DNA from: a virus
Virus record (IMG/VR): IMGVR_UViG_3300024259_000012
Direction: 5' to 3' (one strand)
DNA length: 64,000 bases
Shown: in pieces, positions 1 through 10,669 of the stretch
How positions within the stretch are numbered: the stretch's first letter is position 1
How the letters are laid out: the number at the start of each line of letters is the position of its first letter
Notes under the pieces: model-generated
Told to the model about the DNA's origin: nothing
Database searches by the model: none
Seen by the model: only the letters and a program-made list of their open reading frames with translations
Position numbers and translations under genes: made by a program

Positions 1-128
1 AAGCATACATACATCAATGTAATAACATCCACAGCCATCGGTTAATACTTCTACGATTTCATCAATCATATAATCAGCATACCCGCTGTTTACTTTATCA
101 AGATACAATTGACGAACTTCCGCTTTTT

Positions 129-719
129 TCAAAATTTATGTCTACCAGTTTGTTTACGAACCTTGAGCATCCAGTTAGAATGTTGGTTGGACACTCGACT
201 CAAATTTAATATTCCAGATTTCTTCTTGGGGACAATTCCCTCAAGCTCGGGGTCTTGCATTGCCATCTCATACACCTTATCAAAATCAGTATCAAATTGT
301 TGGGTGATGGACAGTGGGCCGCTCAGTTTCAATGATTCAATAAACGACCGGCGGTGTTCAAAGGTTTGATTCATTAATAAATTATTTTGCCAGACGTGAG
401 TATCGTACAATACAATCTTGTTCCGGACACCCGTTACTTTGTTGTGACGAAGCTCGCCATCGAATACATTGTAACCCGTCAGCCCTAAAGCGTACAGGCT
501 GTCAAGCACTTCATCGGTAGGGGTGTAAACTAATTTCTTACCATGCCTATCCCAGAATTCAAATTTACCATCGAAGCAATGCAGTTCTAATCGACTGCCA
601 TTATACTTAAACTCGGCAATCCAATTTGGGTCATTGCTGACCACTTGGAATAATGATTGTTGCTGAGTAATCAGCTTGGGTTTCTCGGGATAGAAGTATA
701 GAAATTTATTTAGTTTCAT
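129..719 (-). CDS. ATP-dependent DNA ligase-like protein, adenylation domain only
   Basis: Motif I EFKYNGSR, motif III FDGEL, IIIa LYD, IV EGIVPK, V WMLKVR; no C-terminal OB fold. Ends in TGA overlapping the next TTG start. Confidence 0.75.
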   Translation of the reverse strand: MKLNKFLYFYPEKPKLITQQQSLFQVVSNDPNWIAEFKYNGSRLELHCFDGKFEFWDRHGKKLVYTPTDEVLDSLYALGLTGYNVFDGELRHNKVTGVRNKIVLYDTHVWQNNLLMNQTFEHRRSFIESLKLSGPLSITQQFDTDFDKVYEMAMQDPELEGIVPKKKSGILNLSRVSNQHSNWMLKVRKQTGRHKF

Positions 720-1037
720 TAGACCTTATCACCTTCCATCGTTTCATACACTAAATCATACATCTCAGTCATACCCATAAATTCATCTGTCGCTGTATCA
801 TACCAACCGTTCACCTTTCGGATAAATTCACGACCATTAAATTTCATGAGTTTCATTTGATTTCCTCTACCGCCTTAATCGCATCAATGCTACCATCTAA
901 ATATGCCATCTCAAGTTCAGATTGAATTGCCAAAAGGTGAACCATATTTAACTCGGCTACCTTTGGCAATCTCAAAATCTTATCCATTGCTACCTTCACC
1001 ACTTCATCTTTGCGTTTGTCTAAGTCCATTTTCTTTC

Positions 1038-1616
1038 CTACTTTAATGAAGGTTTGTTTTGCTTAGTCAGCATTCTAACGGCGTCCAACTTTTCTTTTCC
1101 AACTTGGAAGACCTTTTCATCGAAACCCTTTTTAGTAACGAGCTTCGAAGTGACATCCATAAAGCGGTCGAAGTTGTCTCCGAGTAATTCTTCAAGCTCT
1201 TCCTGCAGTTCATCGCTCTTGAGAACTTCAGGTTTGAGAACGACAGTGAAGGTCTCTTCAACCAACTTGTCATAGTCATCGCCCAGTGTCTCTTGAAGCA
1301 TTTCACCGTCATCAGCATTGACAGAAAACTTATCAACCGTGACAAACTTCACAGACTCTTCTGCACCGACCAGTTCATAGGACTTCTTGAAATCTCCAGC
1401 AAGAGCTTCCTTGTCCTGAACCTCACGGCCATATTCAATCAGTTCAGCACCGGCGACTTCCATCTCAGCCTTGGCTTCGGCCATCTTTTTCTTTTCAGCA
1501 TTGAACGTTTCAATGGTCTTACTGAGTTTCTTACTGACCTTGAGGCGTGGCATACTTGAAGCTTTGGCGGGTGATTTTGTTACGGCGTTCTTGGCCAATC
1601 TGTCTTTGAATCCCAT
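1038..1616 (-). CDS. Hypothetical phage protein (early)
   Basis: Long ORF directly behind a promoter element; an in-frame upstream ATG at 1649 lies in the promoter leader. Confidence 0.7.
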   Translation of the reverse strand: MGFKDRLAKNAVTKSPAKASSMPRLKVSKKLSKTIETFNAEKKKMAEAKAEMEVAGAELIEYGREVQDKEALAGDFKKSYELVGAEESVKFVTVDKFSVNADDGEMLQETLGDDYDKLVEETFTVVLKPEVLKSDELQEELEELLGDNFDRFMDVTSKLVTKKGFDEKVFQVGKEKLDAVRMLTKQNKPSLK

Positions 1617-1640
1617 TTTAATTTCCTTTACGTTGGTTAA

Positions 1641-1687
1641 CTCTCTCATTACGCTACTAAGTTAGTAGTATACAAGGTCTCTGTCAA
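1641..1687 (-). promoter_or_regulatory. Early promoter element copy
   Basis: TTGACA-17 nt-TAACTT followed by AGTAGCGTAATGAGAGAG. Confidence 0.8.
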
Positions 1688-1696
1688 GTGTTTATT

Positions 1697-1951
1697 TTAA
1701 TTTTTTGAGTGATAAGAATAACAATCATAATCTTGGGCATCAGGCACACAGCACTCCCAAGCATCATCTTCGTCTGCGTGAGTATTCCCACATTGGCATT
1801 CCCACATCATGCATTGAAAATCTTCATTCTCTTCGTTCCAAGAATCTTCGTCTTCTATCACTTCATCGTTGTAATCTATACCAACTTGTTGGGGAGCATT
1901 GTCTTCATTACTGAAATACCGTTCACGTTCAAGTTCTTCATTGAATGTCAT
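1697..1951 (-). CDS. Acidic Cys-containing hypothetical protein
   Basis: ATGA overlap with upstream gene; very acidic, CxC/CC motifs. Confidence 0.6.
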   Translation of the reverse strand: MTFNEELERERYFSNEDNAPQQVGIDYNDEVIEDEDSWNEENEDFQCMMWECQCGNTHADEDDAWECCVPDAQDYDCYSYHSKN

Positions 1952-2322
1952 TTTGAGTATACTCCATATATGTGAGTTAGTTTTCTGCAGTCTCGTTTTC
2001 TGGGGTCGGTGTCAACAATAGTGTTGCCCTTTGAATCCAATAGCAGTACATGCCGGTGGATTCTCACGATGTAAAATTTAGCATCACCCTTTGATTTAAT
2101 AAGCTTGCGGGAACCGCCAACAGTTGCAGTGGCCAAAGTTGACTTGCGACTGCGAACGGTATAATTCATTCGGGCGGCTCGAACCAAATCTTTAAGGTAG
2201 TGAAAATATCTTACATTCTCATCAACCTTAAGAAACTTGGCACATGCCAACACACAAATATTTTTATTGGGATTAACGCTGTTGTTGCTTTGTCGTCTTA
2301 ATTGCGCTCGGTTGGGTCTCAT
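1948..2322 (-). CDS. Hypothetical phage protein (early)
   Basis: ORF behind promoter element; TGA stop. Confidence 0.65.
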   Translation of the reverse strand: MRPNRAQLRRQSNNSVNPNKNICVLACAKFLKVDENVRYFHYLKDLVRAARMNYTVRSRKSTLATATVGGSRKLIKSKGDAKFYIVRIHRHVLLLDSKGNTIVDTDPRKRDCRKLTHIYGVYSK

Positions 2323-2330
2323 TTGATTTC

Positions 2331-2377
2331 CTCTCTCATTACGCTATTAAGTTAATACTATACAAGGTTCCTGTCAA
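2331..2377 (-). promoter_or_regulatory. Early promoter element copy
   Basis: TTGACA-17 nt-TAACTT-AATAGCGTAATGAGAGAG. Confidence 0.8.
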
Positions 2378-2381
2378 TAGT

Positions 2382-2699
2382 TTATTTGAGAGAATTGAAT
2401 TCCTTTACAAGAGCATCCAATTCTAATTTGGCATTTGATACTTCCAAGGATAACAAACTATGAATCAATTTCTTTCGCTTCCCGAAGTTCGGAGTTTCAC
2501 TATATGATGATAACGTAACTGATTCCTCTATGGCCGCTCCGCCACCATCATATCCAACAAGAGTAATTTCAAGCTCAGCAACATCTATTAACGTGGCATC
2601 AAAATTCTCCAACATATATTCTAACTGTGCTACATGTTCTGATAGACCTTTGATTTGGCTGTTCAGGTCATTTGCTTTATTAAGCGTGTCCATGTCCAT
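2382..2699 (-). CDS. Hypothetical protein
   Basis: ORF with RBS in the minus-strand gene run. Confidence 0.6.
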   Translation of the reverse strand: MDMDTLNKANDLNSQIKGLSEHVAQLEYMLENFDATLIDVAELEITLVGYDGGGAAIEESVTLSSYSETPNFGKRKKLIHSLLSLEVSNAKLELDALVKEFNSLK

Positions 2700-3107
2700 T
2701 ATTCTGAATCCTTCTCTTTTACTTTTCCCGCTTTGCTATGATATCCATGATGGTTGGTTTAACCGGAAATACAATTTCAAGTTGCATATTAATATCCTTG
2801 CGCTTTCGCAAATCCGATTTGAAATTCCCGCCACTCTTCTTTGGTTCCATAAATGCAAAATCGGGTGATGGCCTTTTTACGACATTTTTTATTCTTATTG
2901 TCATACCAATCTTTCATCAATGCAAACCCAAGTTTGACATCTCCAGTTCCCTTCAAATCAAAACATTCTAAATCAAATGTCCCCTCATTGTTATTATGGG
3001 AATTGCGGACTTGTCGTAGCGCACCTTCTTCAATTTGATATTGAAACATGCCACCCGTCCATTGTTCAAGCTTAATCTCACGGAGTCCCTTTGGCGCAGT
3101 GTTGAAA

Positions 3108-3374
3108 TCATTCATCGTTGAAATCTCCATTTGGTAATTGATAGCGAGTGACCCCACCAAGCTCAATAGCTTCAATGGCATCCTTGACGGTTGGAAATGC
3201 TTTTCCACTGTAACCCATATTCTTTCCATCTACCATAACAACCCTGCCAGCCATGGCATCGGATTGAGTTATGGGGTGAACATCCAAAGCAGTTATTGGA
3301 ACACTACCAACCACGGAATATGTCCCAAGTGGATTTTTGATAATAGCCGTACTATACATTTGTAAATCCTTCAT
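3108..3374 (-). CDS. Hypothetical protein
   Basis: ORF in the run; TGA stop. Confidence 0.55.
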   Translation of the reverse strand: MKDLQMYSTAIIKNPLGTYSVVGSVPITALDVHPITQSDAMAGRVVMVDGKNMGYSGKAFPTVKDAIEAIELGGVTRYQLPNGDFNDE

Positions 3375-3642
3375 AGTTACGGATTGGTGAACTGTTGTGG
3401 TGACTGTAACGAATCATGCTGAAAAACTTTTGGAGTGCTTTCTGAAAATCGTCTTCACTCTCGTATTTTGCCAGCAGAAACTTGTATAAGTCACTATCCT
3501 CTTCCAAGTAAACGGTCTTTCCACGTTGATATGAATAGGTTGAAATCTCGGACAGGAGATTAAGTCCAACTAACTCATTACGCTTGACGGCCAACCAACC
3601 ATGTCCATTGTCGGTGTGCATCACATACTGTTTTAATTCCAT
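3352..3642 (-). CDS. Conserved phage hypothetical protein
   Basis: Motifs DxGHGWLAV, SYQ, VYLEEDxD recognised as typical of a common phage early protein; behind promoter element. Confidence 0.65.
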   Translation of the reverse strand: MELKQYVMHTDNGHGWLAVKRNELVGLNLLSEISTYSYQRGKTVYLEEDSDLYKFLLAKYESEDDFQKALQKFFSMIRYSHHNSSPIRNYEGFTNV

Positions 3643-3652
3643 TTGAGTTCCC

Positions 3653-3696
3653 TTTCTCATTACGCTATAATATAGTATATACTGAGTTGCACGCAA
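3653..3696 (-). promoter_or_regulatory. Early promoter element copy
   Basis: TTGCGT-16 nt-TATATT-ATAGCGTAATGAGAAAG. Confidence 0.65.
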
Positions 3697-3817
3697 TAGT
3701 TATTTTAAATTATCTCGCCAAGTTGGCGAGTAAATGGCGAGTAAAAATATTACAAATAGTTCTTGCATACTACCATGTTGCCGAGTATATTGGTTCCAAT
3801 GTATAAGGAAACTATAG

Positions 3818-4075
3818 ATGACTAAATTTGAATTCAATGAAAAAGACCTTCCACCAGAGAATGACTCGGAAAAAGAATGGCAGGATATGCCAGAGTTTGT
3901 CCAAGACAAGACAGAACCGTTCGCAAAAATAATTGTTCGGTTCGACAGTGAAGAGGACTTAAATGAATTTGCCAACTTGATTGGGCAGAAGTTGACACCA
4001 AAAACCCAAAGTATATGGCATCCAGAAAAATCACATTGGGGTAATACGCCATGGAGATGGGACGATGAATCCTAA
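3818..4075 (+). CDS. Small partner protein of the GREB1/TAGT-type glycosyltransferase
   Basis: WxxMPEFVQ...IIVRF...QKLTPKTxSIWHP; overlaps the start of the glycosyltransferase gene. Confidence 0.65.
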   Translation: MTKFEFNEKDLPPENDSEKEWQDMPEFVQDKTEPFAKIIVRFDSEEDLNEFANLIGQKLTPKTQSIWHPEKSHWGNTPWRWDDES

Positions 4076-4940
4076 ATTTCCAGTTTACATTGTGTCAAAA
4101 AATCGTTGGGAAAGTTTATTGACAGCACGAGTATTGGAATATCTCAAGGTGCCGTTTCACATCGTTGTTGAAACGCAAGAGTATTTACAATATGCTAAGG
4201 GCATTTCCCCAGAGAAAATCTTAGTACTGCCTCAAAAATATATTGATGACTATGATACGTTCTGGCCAAAGGAAGATGACAATAGAGTTGGTCCTGGAGC
4301 CGCAAGGAATTTTGTATGGCAACATTCTATTGATAGAGGATTTGATTGGCATTGGGTCATGGATGATAATTTGGATTCGTTCTACCGGCTTAATCGGAAT
4401 ATGAAAGCTCGGGTTGACTCAGGAACAATTTTTAAGTGTATGGAAGATTACGTCCTTCGATACAGCAACGTTGCCATTGCCGGTCCCAACTACGCTGGAT
4501 TTTGTAAGTCCACTGACGCTGTACCGGCTACCGTGTTCAACACCAGAATATATAGTTGCTTGCTTATACGGAATGATATACCATATCGCTGGCGGGGACG
4601 ATACAACGAGGATACGGATTTGAGCTTGCGAGTATTAAAGGATGGTTGGTGTACGGTTCAGTTCAATGCATTTTTGCAGGGGAAGGTTACCACTCAACGA
4701 ATGCGAGGTGGGAATACTAAAGAATTTTATAAGCCAGATGGAACCATTCTGAAATCCAAAATTTTGGAAGACATGCATCCGGATGTATGCTCGGTTGTTT
4801 GGAAATTTAATAGGTGGCACCATCACGTTGACTACAGACCGTTCAGCAATAATATATTGGAACGGGTGGTTGATGTTCCACAGGGAATTAATGAATACGG
4901 GATGACATTACGATATGCGCCCGACGTAGTAATAGTATAA
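4065..4940 (+). CDS. GREB1-like/TAGT glycosyltransferase (putative DNA base hypermodification)
   Basis: PVYIVSKNR, GPGAARNF, HWVMDDN (DxD), NTRIYSCLLI, WRGRYNEDTDLSLR, GGNT motifs. Confidence 0.8.
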   Translation: MNPKFPVYIVSKNRWESLLTARVLEYLKVPFHIVVETQEYLQYAKGISPEKILVLPQKYIDDYDTFWPKEDDNRVGPGAARNFVWQHSIDRGFDWHWVMDDNLDSFYRLNRNMKARVDSGTIFKCMEDYVLRYSNVAIAGPNYAGFCKSTDAVPATVFNTRIYSCLLIRNDIPYRWRGRYNEDTDLSLRVLKDGWCTVQFNAFLQGKVTTQRMRGGNTKEFYKPDGTILKSKILEDMHPDVCSVVWKFNRWHHHVDYRPFSNNILERVVDVPQGINEYGMTLRYAPDVVIV

Positions 4941-4950
4941 GGAGCAACAT

Positions 4951-5340
4951 ATGAATAAAGGATTTTCACTTGTAGAGTTAATGATTGTCATTGTGATTAT
5001 CGGAATGCTCGCCGCAGTTTCCATTCCGATTTATAACAATGCGGTGGCGAGGCGAGATGCTATCCTATCGGAGCGTGTTGAAACTGTAGATGGCCATTCA
5101 TATATCAATGGCGTTGAGATTGAAGTATTGCCGCCCGAACTGTCATTGGTTAATATTGAGAGGTTGCCCGTCCCATCACATTGGGTAGCGGAGACAGTAG
5201 ATTTGTCTGTAATCATGCACGATTGTTATTTTGTAATATATAGAGACCCAGGATACGATAACCTTTATATGGTTCAAGTTGTTTTGAAACACGAATCCAT
5301 GGAAATATTATCGGTCTCGACAACTCGGGTGGGGTTATAA
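4951..5340 (+). CDS. Type IV pilin-like protein
   Basis: Class III signal KG|FSLVELMIVIVIIGMLAAVSIP with E at +5. Confidence 0.8.
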   Translation: MNKGFSLVELMIVIVIIGMLAAVSIPIYNNAVARRDAILSERVETVDGHSYINGVEIEVLPPELSLVNIERLPVPSHWVAETVDLSVIMHDCYFVIYRDPGYDNLYMVQVVLKHESMEILSVSTTRVGL

Positions 5341-5747
5341 TGATAAACCGTGGATGTAAAATATGCGGCGGGGTTCCATACACGCCAACCCAAGCAAAAA
5401 AGAATAAAGCATGGACACGGTGTGCCAGTAACACATGCCCGATAGGTGGAGTATGGATGACCGTTAAACAGTGGGAAGCACCACCTAAAGTTTGGACAAA
5501 CACCGAAGAAGATTTATATGATGTGATTGCAGATATCGTAGCACAGAGTGATGTGGAAACATTCATGTCTCAATCGGGAAATAGAAATTTTAATAGAGAG
5601 GTAAATACTATGGAATGGTTTTGGTATGATTGGTTTTTCTTAGCAGGGGCTGTCACAATGTTGGGAGTCATCGGATTTTTTGTTTGGGGACTGTGGGGAT
5701 ATGGTCACGTCTTGGAAGAAATGGAAAAGAATAGTTGGGATGATTAG

Positions 5748-6104
5748 ATGAATTACACGCTACCAAAGTGTACAACGTGCAGGAAATCATTTGACCCGCA
5801 ATTGCTAACATATGGTATTTGTGACAGTTGCTCTACACCCGTGGAATCCAAAAAATATTACTGCGGGTTAGTAATAATGGATAGGGTCGTTGAAGTGGTT
5901 AATAAAACCGACGAACCTATTGCCACCAAGCTTATCAAATCAGGATGGAACAATTCATTTTTTGAAATAATAGAATATGGTGATATGGATGAGTTCAACT
6001 GTACACTTATTGGTAAGGATGAGATGATGAAGAAGTACTCGGTGTCACCAGAAGATTTTGAAGACCACGATATTCCATGTTGCTGTGGAGCGTGTAACAG
6101 ATAA
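5748..6104 (+). CDS. Hypothetical Zn-ribbon protein
   Basis: CxxC...CxxC N-terminus, Cys-rich C-terminus. Confidence 0.55.
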   Translation: MNYTLPKCTTCRKSFDPQLLTYGICDSCSTPVESKKYYCGLVIMDRVVEVVNKTDEPIATKLIKSGWNNSFFEIIEYGDMDEFNCTLIGKDEMMKKYSVSPEDFEDHDIPCCCGACNR

Positions 6105-6322
6105 TGCTTGCATATTCTATATTCTGGATTAAGTTATGTTCGCTATAAGATTAATCGCAGGCGCATTTGTGGCAACGGGTATGTGGGCACTATTAACAAC
6201 AGTAGCATATTTCATCCCAATTGATGAGATGCGACCACTGTTAGATATATGTAAATGGATGGCAGTTGTAGGAACTTTTGGATTGATAGCAATTGGTCCA
6301 GTAAATAAAGGAAACTCTTAAT

Positions 6323-6757
6323 ATGAATCATGATGACATTCGTAGACAATTGGAAACTACATTAAATAGTATCCAAAAGGACATGAGATATATGCGTGAA
6401 TTGAAGAAAATGTATGATGAAGAATCTACTCGTTTGTCGGAATCGCATCTACAAACATTATTGAAGTCGTGTCAGACCGCATTTCCGGAGTGCAGGTGTA
6501 AGATTATTGACCATGAAATTTTTATTTGTCCAACAGATAGAAAGGTGTGGTTCACTTCAACAAAGGCTACATATGCAGAGCGCATACAATCTGAATTCGG
6601 CCACCCAATCAAATTCACAAGAACCCTTCAATTTAATGACAGTGGTAATTTCCGCAAATTTTATATTGGATTAACCGCAGGGTATCTCAAGAATGTGGTT
6701 AAGATAAAAACCATCGCTCCAATTTTTACCAGATTAAAATCAACCACAAACGTATAA
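6323..6757 (+). CDS. Hypothetical protein
   Basis: ORF with RBS in the plus-strand run. Confidence 0.55.
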   Translation: MNHDDIRRQLETTLNSIQKDMRYMRELKKMYDEESTRLSESHLQTLLKSCQTAFPECRCKIIDHEIFICPTDRKVWFTSTKATYAERIQSEFGHPIKFTRTLQFNDSGNFRKFYIGLTAGYLKNVVKIKTIAPIFTRLKSTTNV

Positions 6758-6768
6758 GGAGAATTGTT

Positions 6769-6867
6769 ATGTTGAAATTTTTAGGCCGTTTGACACTTAT
6801 TGAGTATATGATAATCGCAGTGATTATCGGTATAGTGATATCACTTTTTTCTGAAGGAGTATATTAA
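6769..6867 (+). CDS. 32-aa pilin-N-terminus-like membrane peptide (not in ORF track)
   Basis: AGGAG RBS; MLKFLGRLTLIEYMIIAVIIGIVISLFSEGVY. Confidence 0.55.
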   Translation: MLKFLGRLTLIEYMIIAVIIGIVISLFSEGVY

Positions 6868-6959
6868 AATGATGAGAAAATTAGACAGCAGTGAATGGAT
6901 GATTGTTGCAGTTATTGTAACTGTATTTGTTGTATTGCTCGCAACCAACGGGTGTTCTT

Positions 6960-7258
6960 GTGGGTAAATTTACATCAGACTTCGATTGGGCTGATATAAT
7001 ATTAGGTATAATATTACTGGTGCCGATGGCACTACTCAGAGGGTTTGTTGTATTTACACTTTGGGGTTGGTTTTTAATACCATTAGGATTGCCCGCAATT
7101 GGAATAGCTCACGCCATGGGAATATCAGGTATGGTTTTAGTTTCTTGACAACATCCAAAATGCCAGACTGGGATGGGGTTGGTGAGATATTCTCGGAGTC
7201 GCTGTCAACGTCATTGGTAGCTTTATTATTTGGTTGGATTTATACCTTATTCATGTAG
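6960..7258 (+). CDS. Membrane protein with a frameshift at ~7138 (T run)
   Basis: Two hydrophobic ORF halves join across a homopolymer. Confidence 0.5.
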
Positions 7259-7267
7259 GAGAAAATA

Positions 7268-7663
7268 ATGTGTCTTAAAAAAGTTAAACAAACGGGTCTT
7301 AATATGTCCGGACATGGATTCAAAGTAATGTCCGAGCGGCCAGATGGAGACCTAAATCCATGGGTGTACCACCCAGAGGATGCTACGGCTCACGGGTATG
7401 CTGGTAAGCGGGTTGAATTTGGTGTTCAGTATACTGCCATTGAAGAGCAAATTCGTGGAGAAGATGCAGAACCATACACAACTGGATTCCATATTTTTAT
7501 GGAAGAGCAAGATGCCATCAATTGGACAAACACATATCACGGTGTTGCTGTCCGAGTTGAATTTTATCACGGTCATACAATTGGTGAAGAGCTACGAGGT
7601 GGCAAACCAATCAAGACAATCATTGCAAGACTCATGACTGTGATTGAACGTGTGGAGAAATAA
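7268..7663 (+). CDS. Hypothetical phage protein
   Basis: MCL...YxxGFHIF motif; RBS. Confidence 0.6.
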   Translation: MCLKKVKQTGLNMSGHGFKVMSERPDGDLNPWVYHPEDATAHGYAGKRVEFGVQYTAIEEQIRGEDAEPYTTGFHIFMEEQDAINWTNTYHGVAVRVEFYHGHTIGEELRGGKPIKTIIARLMTVIERVEK

Positions 7664-8135
7664 TGAAAAAAGTATATTGTAAAAATTGTAAATGGTTCAA
7701 GCGGGACGAGTGGAACTCCGATAGATGTAAACGAGAAACTGGAGTCTATCTTGAAAACAACATCACCGGAGATTACAAAGAGATAATTACAATAAAAGTA
7801 GCAAGTCGCAACTATCCAAATAAAAATGGAGACTGTGAATTCTATCTCCGCCACTGGTGGAAGGTTTGGGTTAGAAAAAATGAACAGACAATAGAAAGAG
7901 GTATGTAAATGATTGTATTGATATGGTTGCTTGTCGGACTATTAGCAGTAGCTTGGATAGGTAAGATGGCATATAATGAGGACGGTGAAATTAACGTTAC
8001 GGTGGGTGGATTGTTGCTTGGTATTTTAGCAATGATTGGTGGCCCAGTTTCGTTGGTAATCACGGCGGTTGCATACGCATCTCATTATAAAAATAAAGTA
8101 ATATTTACAATAGGAAAAAAAGAGGAAACAGAATA

Positions 8136-8348
8136 ATGGACAAAAATTACAATCCAAGTGCGTTCGCTCGCACAAAAAATGGCAGTGCAGGTGCCCAAAA
8201 AGGTATGACACTTAGGGACTACTTTGCCGGTCAAGCACTGGCAGGTCTATGCGCTAAATATTCAGCCGATGATGATGAGTGGTTCGGCAGGCGGGCATAT
8301 CAAATCGCTGATGAATTGTTGGAAGAGCGAAGTGAAAAAGAGGATTAG
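8136..8348 (+). CDS. Conserved phage protein (GMTLRDYFA family)
   Basis: GMTLRDYFAGQALAGL...AYQIADELL. Confidence 0.75.
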   Translation: MDKNYNPSAFARTKNGSAGAQKGMTLRDYFAGQALAGLCAKYSADDDEWFGRRAYQIADELLEERSEKED

Positions 8349-8444
8349 GTGTTGGCTCGGATTCCACGAGTGGTTTGAATGTGGAAAAGATGGGTGCGGA
8401 ATGAGACACTGTAAATATTGTGGTGCCAATAAGCGAGGTATATA

Positions 8445-8777
8445 ATGCTAATCATTACCAAAGATGTTAGAAAAGAATTTGATGATTTCATCAGTGCCCA
8501 ATATAATAAATATAAATTTTTAGAGGGCAAGAAGGTTAGAATATCCTTCTCCGATGGTGATAGAAGAAGAAAGAAAAAACTATCAGTAGTCGGTAAAATC
8601 AAATGGCTCGGAACTACAATTGGAAGTGAATATTCCCCGACTATATGTTTTGATTTTTCGATGAGAGGATACCGACAATCCGACCCAAGAGCAAGGAAAC
8701 AGTTTATTGAAACTCATGGGTATGATTCTAATATATGGATGGACAGTTATTATGGCATGGAAATAGAGGTGGTGTAA
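8445..8777 (+). CDS. Hypothetical protein
   Basis: TAATG-coupled ORF. Confidence 0.55.
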   Translation: MLIITKDVRKEFDDFISAQYNKYKFLEGKKVRISFSDGDRRRKKKLSVVGKIKWLGTTIGSEYSPTICFDFSMRGYRQSDPRARKQFIETHGYDSNIWMDSYYGMEIEVV

Positions 8778-9249
8778 TGGAAAAGATTATAGGTGACTGG
8801 AGTACCGAAGTTAGAATGACCGGAGATGAGGTAAAGGAAATTTGCAACATAGGTGGAGAAAATTGTTGTGCATTTATAGCTGTAACTGGCAAAGGATTTG
8901 AATGTATCCGAATGTCATATCCAATGAATACTTCAATATTCACACGATTGGAAGAGGGCACCATGAACGCCACGGGTAAAGGTGGATGGAAAGGTTGTGC
9001 TTGGGAAGAAGAATTGAATGAGACCAATTAAATCTACACCCGGGGATTTTGATGAAGATAGAGATTACTATGTGTATAGTCATTTCACCATCGGTCGTGG
9101 TAAGGCTGAATATCATATAATTCATCTTCCCGATAATAGCTGTGGATTGTACTATGCACTAAAAAGCACACCTACGGGATTGTCCTGCAGGCGTGCGATG
9201 GAACCAACAACTGAAATAACCATATGGCACTATGGAAAGGAAAACTAAA

Positions 9250-9579
9250 ATGATACCAGAAAACATGATTGATTTAACAGGCGTAGATAAGATTAAGCTT
9301 ATCCAAAAGGTTTATGAACTGTCCGTACCATTGGGCATGGGGTTTTTACATTTTCGGGACGAGCCATTATCCGAAGAGGATGCCAAGTCCTGCTTGCGTG
9401 AGTATGACACAACTCGCAATCCAGAATACGGTCAAGTAATTATCGGCATGGATTATGTGCACGGTCGTGCATGTAAATTTAATGCGTGGGTTAATAGTGA
9501 AGGTGAACTGTATTGCCACGACCGATGGTTTGACCATACTCCCGAGCAGTTAGAAACGCTGTTGGAAAGTATTAAGTAA
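9250..9579 (+). CDS. Conserved phage hypothetical protein
   Basis: IDLTG...GMGFLH...MDYVxGRACK. Confidence 0.65.
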   Translation: MIPENMIDLTGVDKIKLIQKVYELSVPLGMGFLHFRDEPLSEEDAKSCLREYDTTRNPEYGQVIIGMDYVHGRACKFNAWVNSEGELYCHDRWFDHTPEQLETLLESIK

Positions 9580-9941
9580 TGGGAGTAATTAATCACGAGG
9601 CATTAATAGCCACAGCAATGAGCAGAGAGTATGCCCGTGAAATTGAGAACTGGGCAATGGAAATCAACATGGAAACTGCATTCCTATTCGGTGAAGAAGA
9701 GACCAACGGGTATGTAACAATTGTACTTGTTCCCAATGGTAGCAAGAAGGGTTGGCCTGAAGCCGAGGCGGGCGACAACCTGCGAGCAGATTTCAAAAAG
9801 AAACTTGAAAGCTATGCATACGAAGATGGCTCAAATCCCTTCTCATGGGTTGAAGTTGGCTATGGTGAATATGGTCAGAAGCTGTTGGATGGCAATAATA
9901 AAAATATGTATAATGATAAAGAATACGCAGATGACCAATAA
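9579..9941 (+). CDS. Conserved phage hypothetical protein
   Basis: NGY...PxGSKxGW motif; TAATG overlap. Confidence 0.6.
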   Translation: MGVINHEALIATAMSREYAREIENWAMEINMETAFLFGEEETNGYVTIVLVPNGSKKGWPEAEAGDNLRADFKKKLESYAYEDGSNPFSWVEVGYGEYGQKLLDGNNKNMYNDKEYADDQ

Positions 9942-10669
9942 ACAAATAGCCAAGGCGTTGAAGGATGCAATCAGTGCAAGCAAACAACCGACGTTGCCTC
10001 CTGGAGAATATGAGCTTGATGGCTTTGCACTTCTGAATCGTATTCGGGGTATCATATCCATATTGGAAATTGAAGATGGGCTGGAAGGAGAGAATTAAAA
10101 TGATGAAGACAACATACTGGTCACTCTGCAGAATTAAAAGAGGTAGTGCGAGAACATTTCAAAAAGGTCACCGGAAAAGACGGTCAAGTTTGGATTGAAA
10201 ATGACAAGGTGAGCAAAGGCGAAGCTTGGTCAAAATATTTCTTGTTGGATGATGAAGATGAGTTGTCATAAACGACCTAAAGAAAAGTTTTTATTTTGGA
10301 TGGTACGGATGCCCCACAACTTGGTAGAGTGTGGGATTGGGGTTCTTATTCATGGCACATGTGGCAGTGGAGCAGTAAGTGCAAATATTGTGGGATAACT
10401 AAACGCCACGCCCCAACTGAAGAAGACAGTTTGCCCAAAGAAGTATATAACAAACTTGTTGAGCAGGGAGATATAACGCATGACTAAACAAACAATTGAC
10501 ACAAGTAAGATTACCCGACTGACCGTTGTAATGGACGGGCTTCCGAATGAACCAAACTCAGGTCGGTTAATTGAGAAGTGGGACATATCATTATATCTTG
10601 ATGTTCAGGATGATGGTAAAACTCTCAAAATATTTATGAAGGACATTGGTAAATCAATGCTACTCGGTA

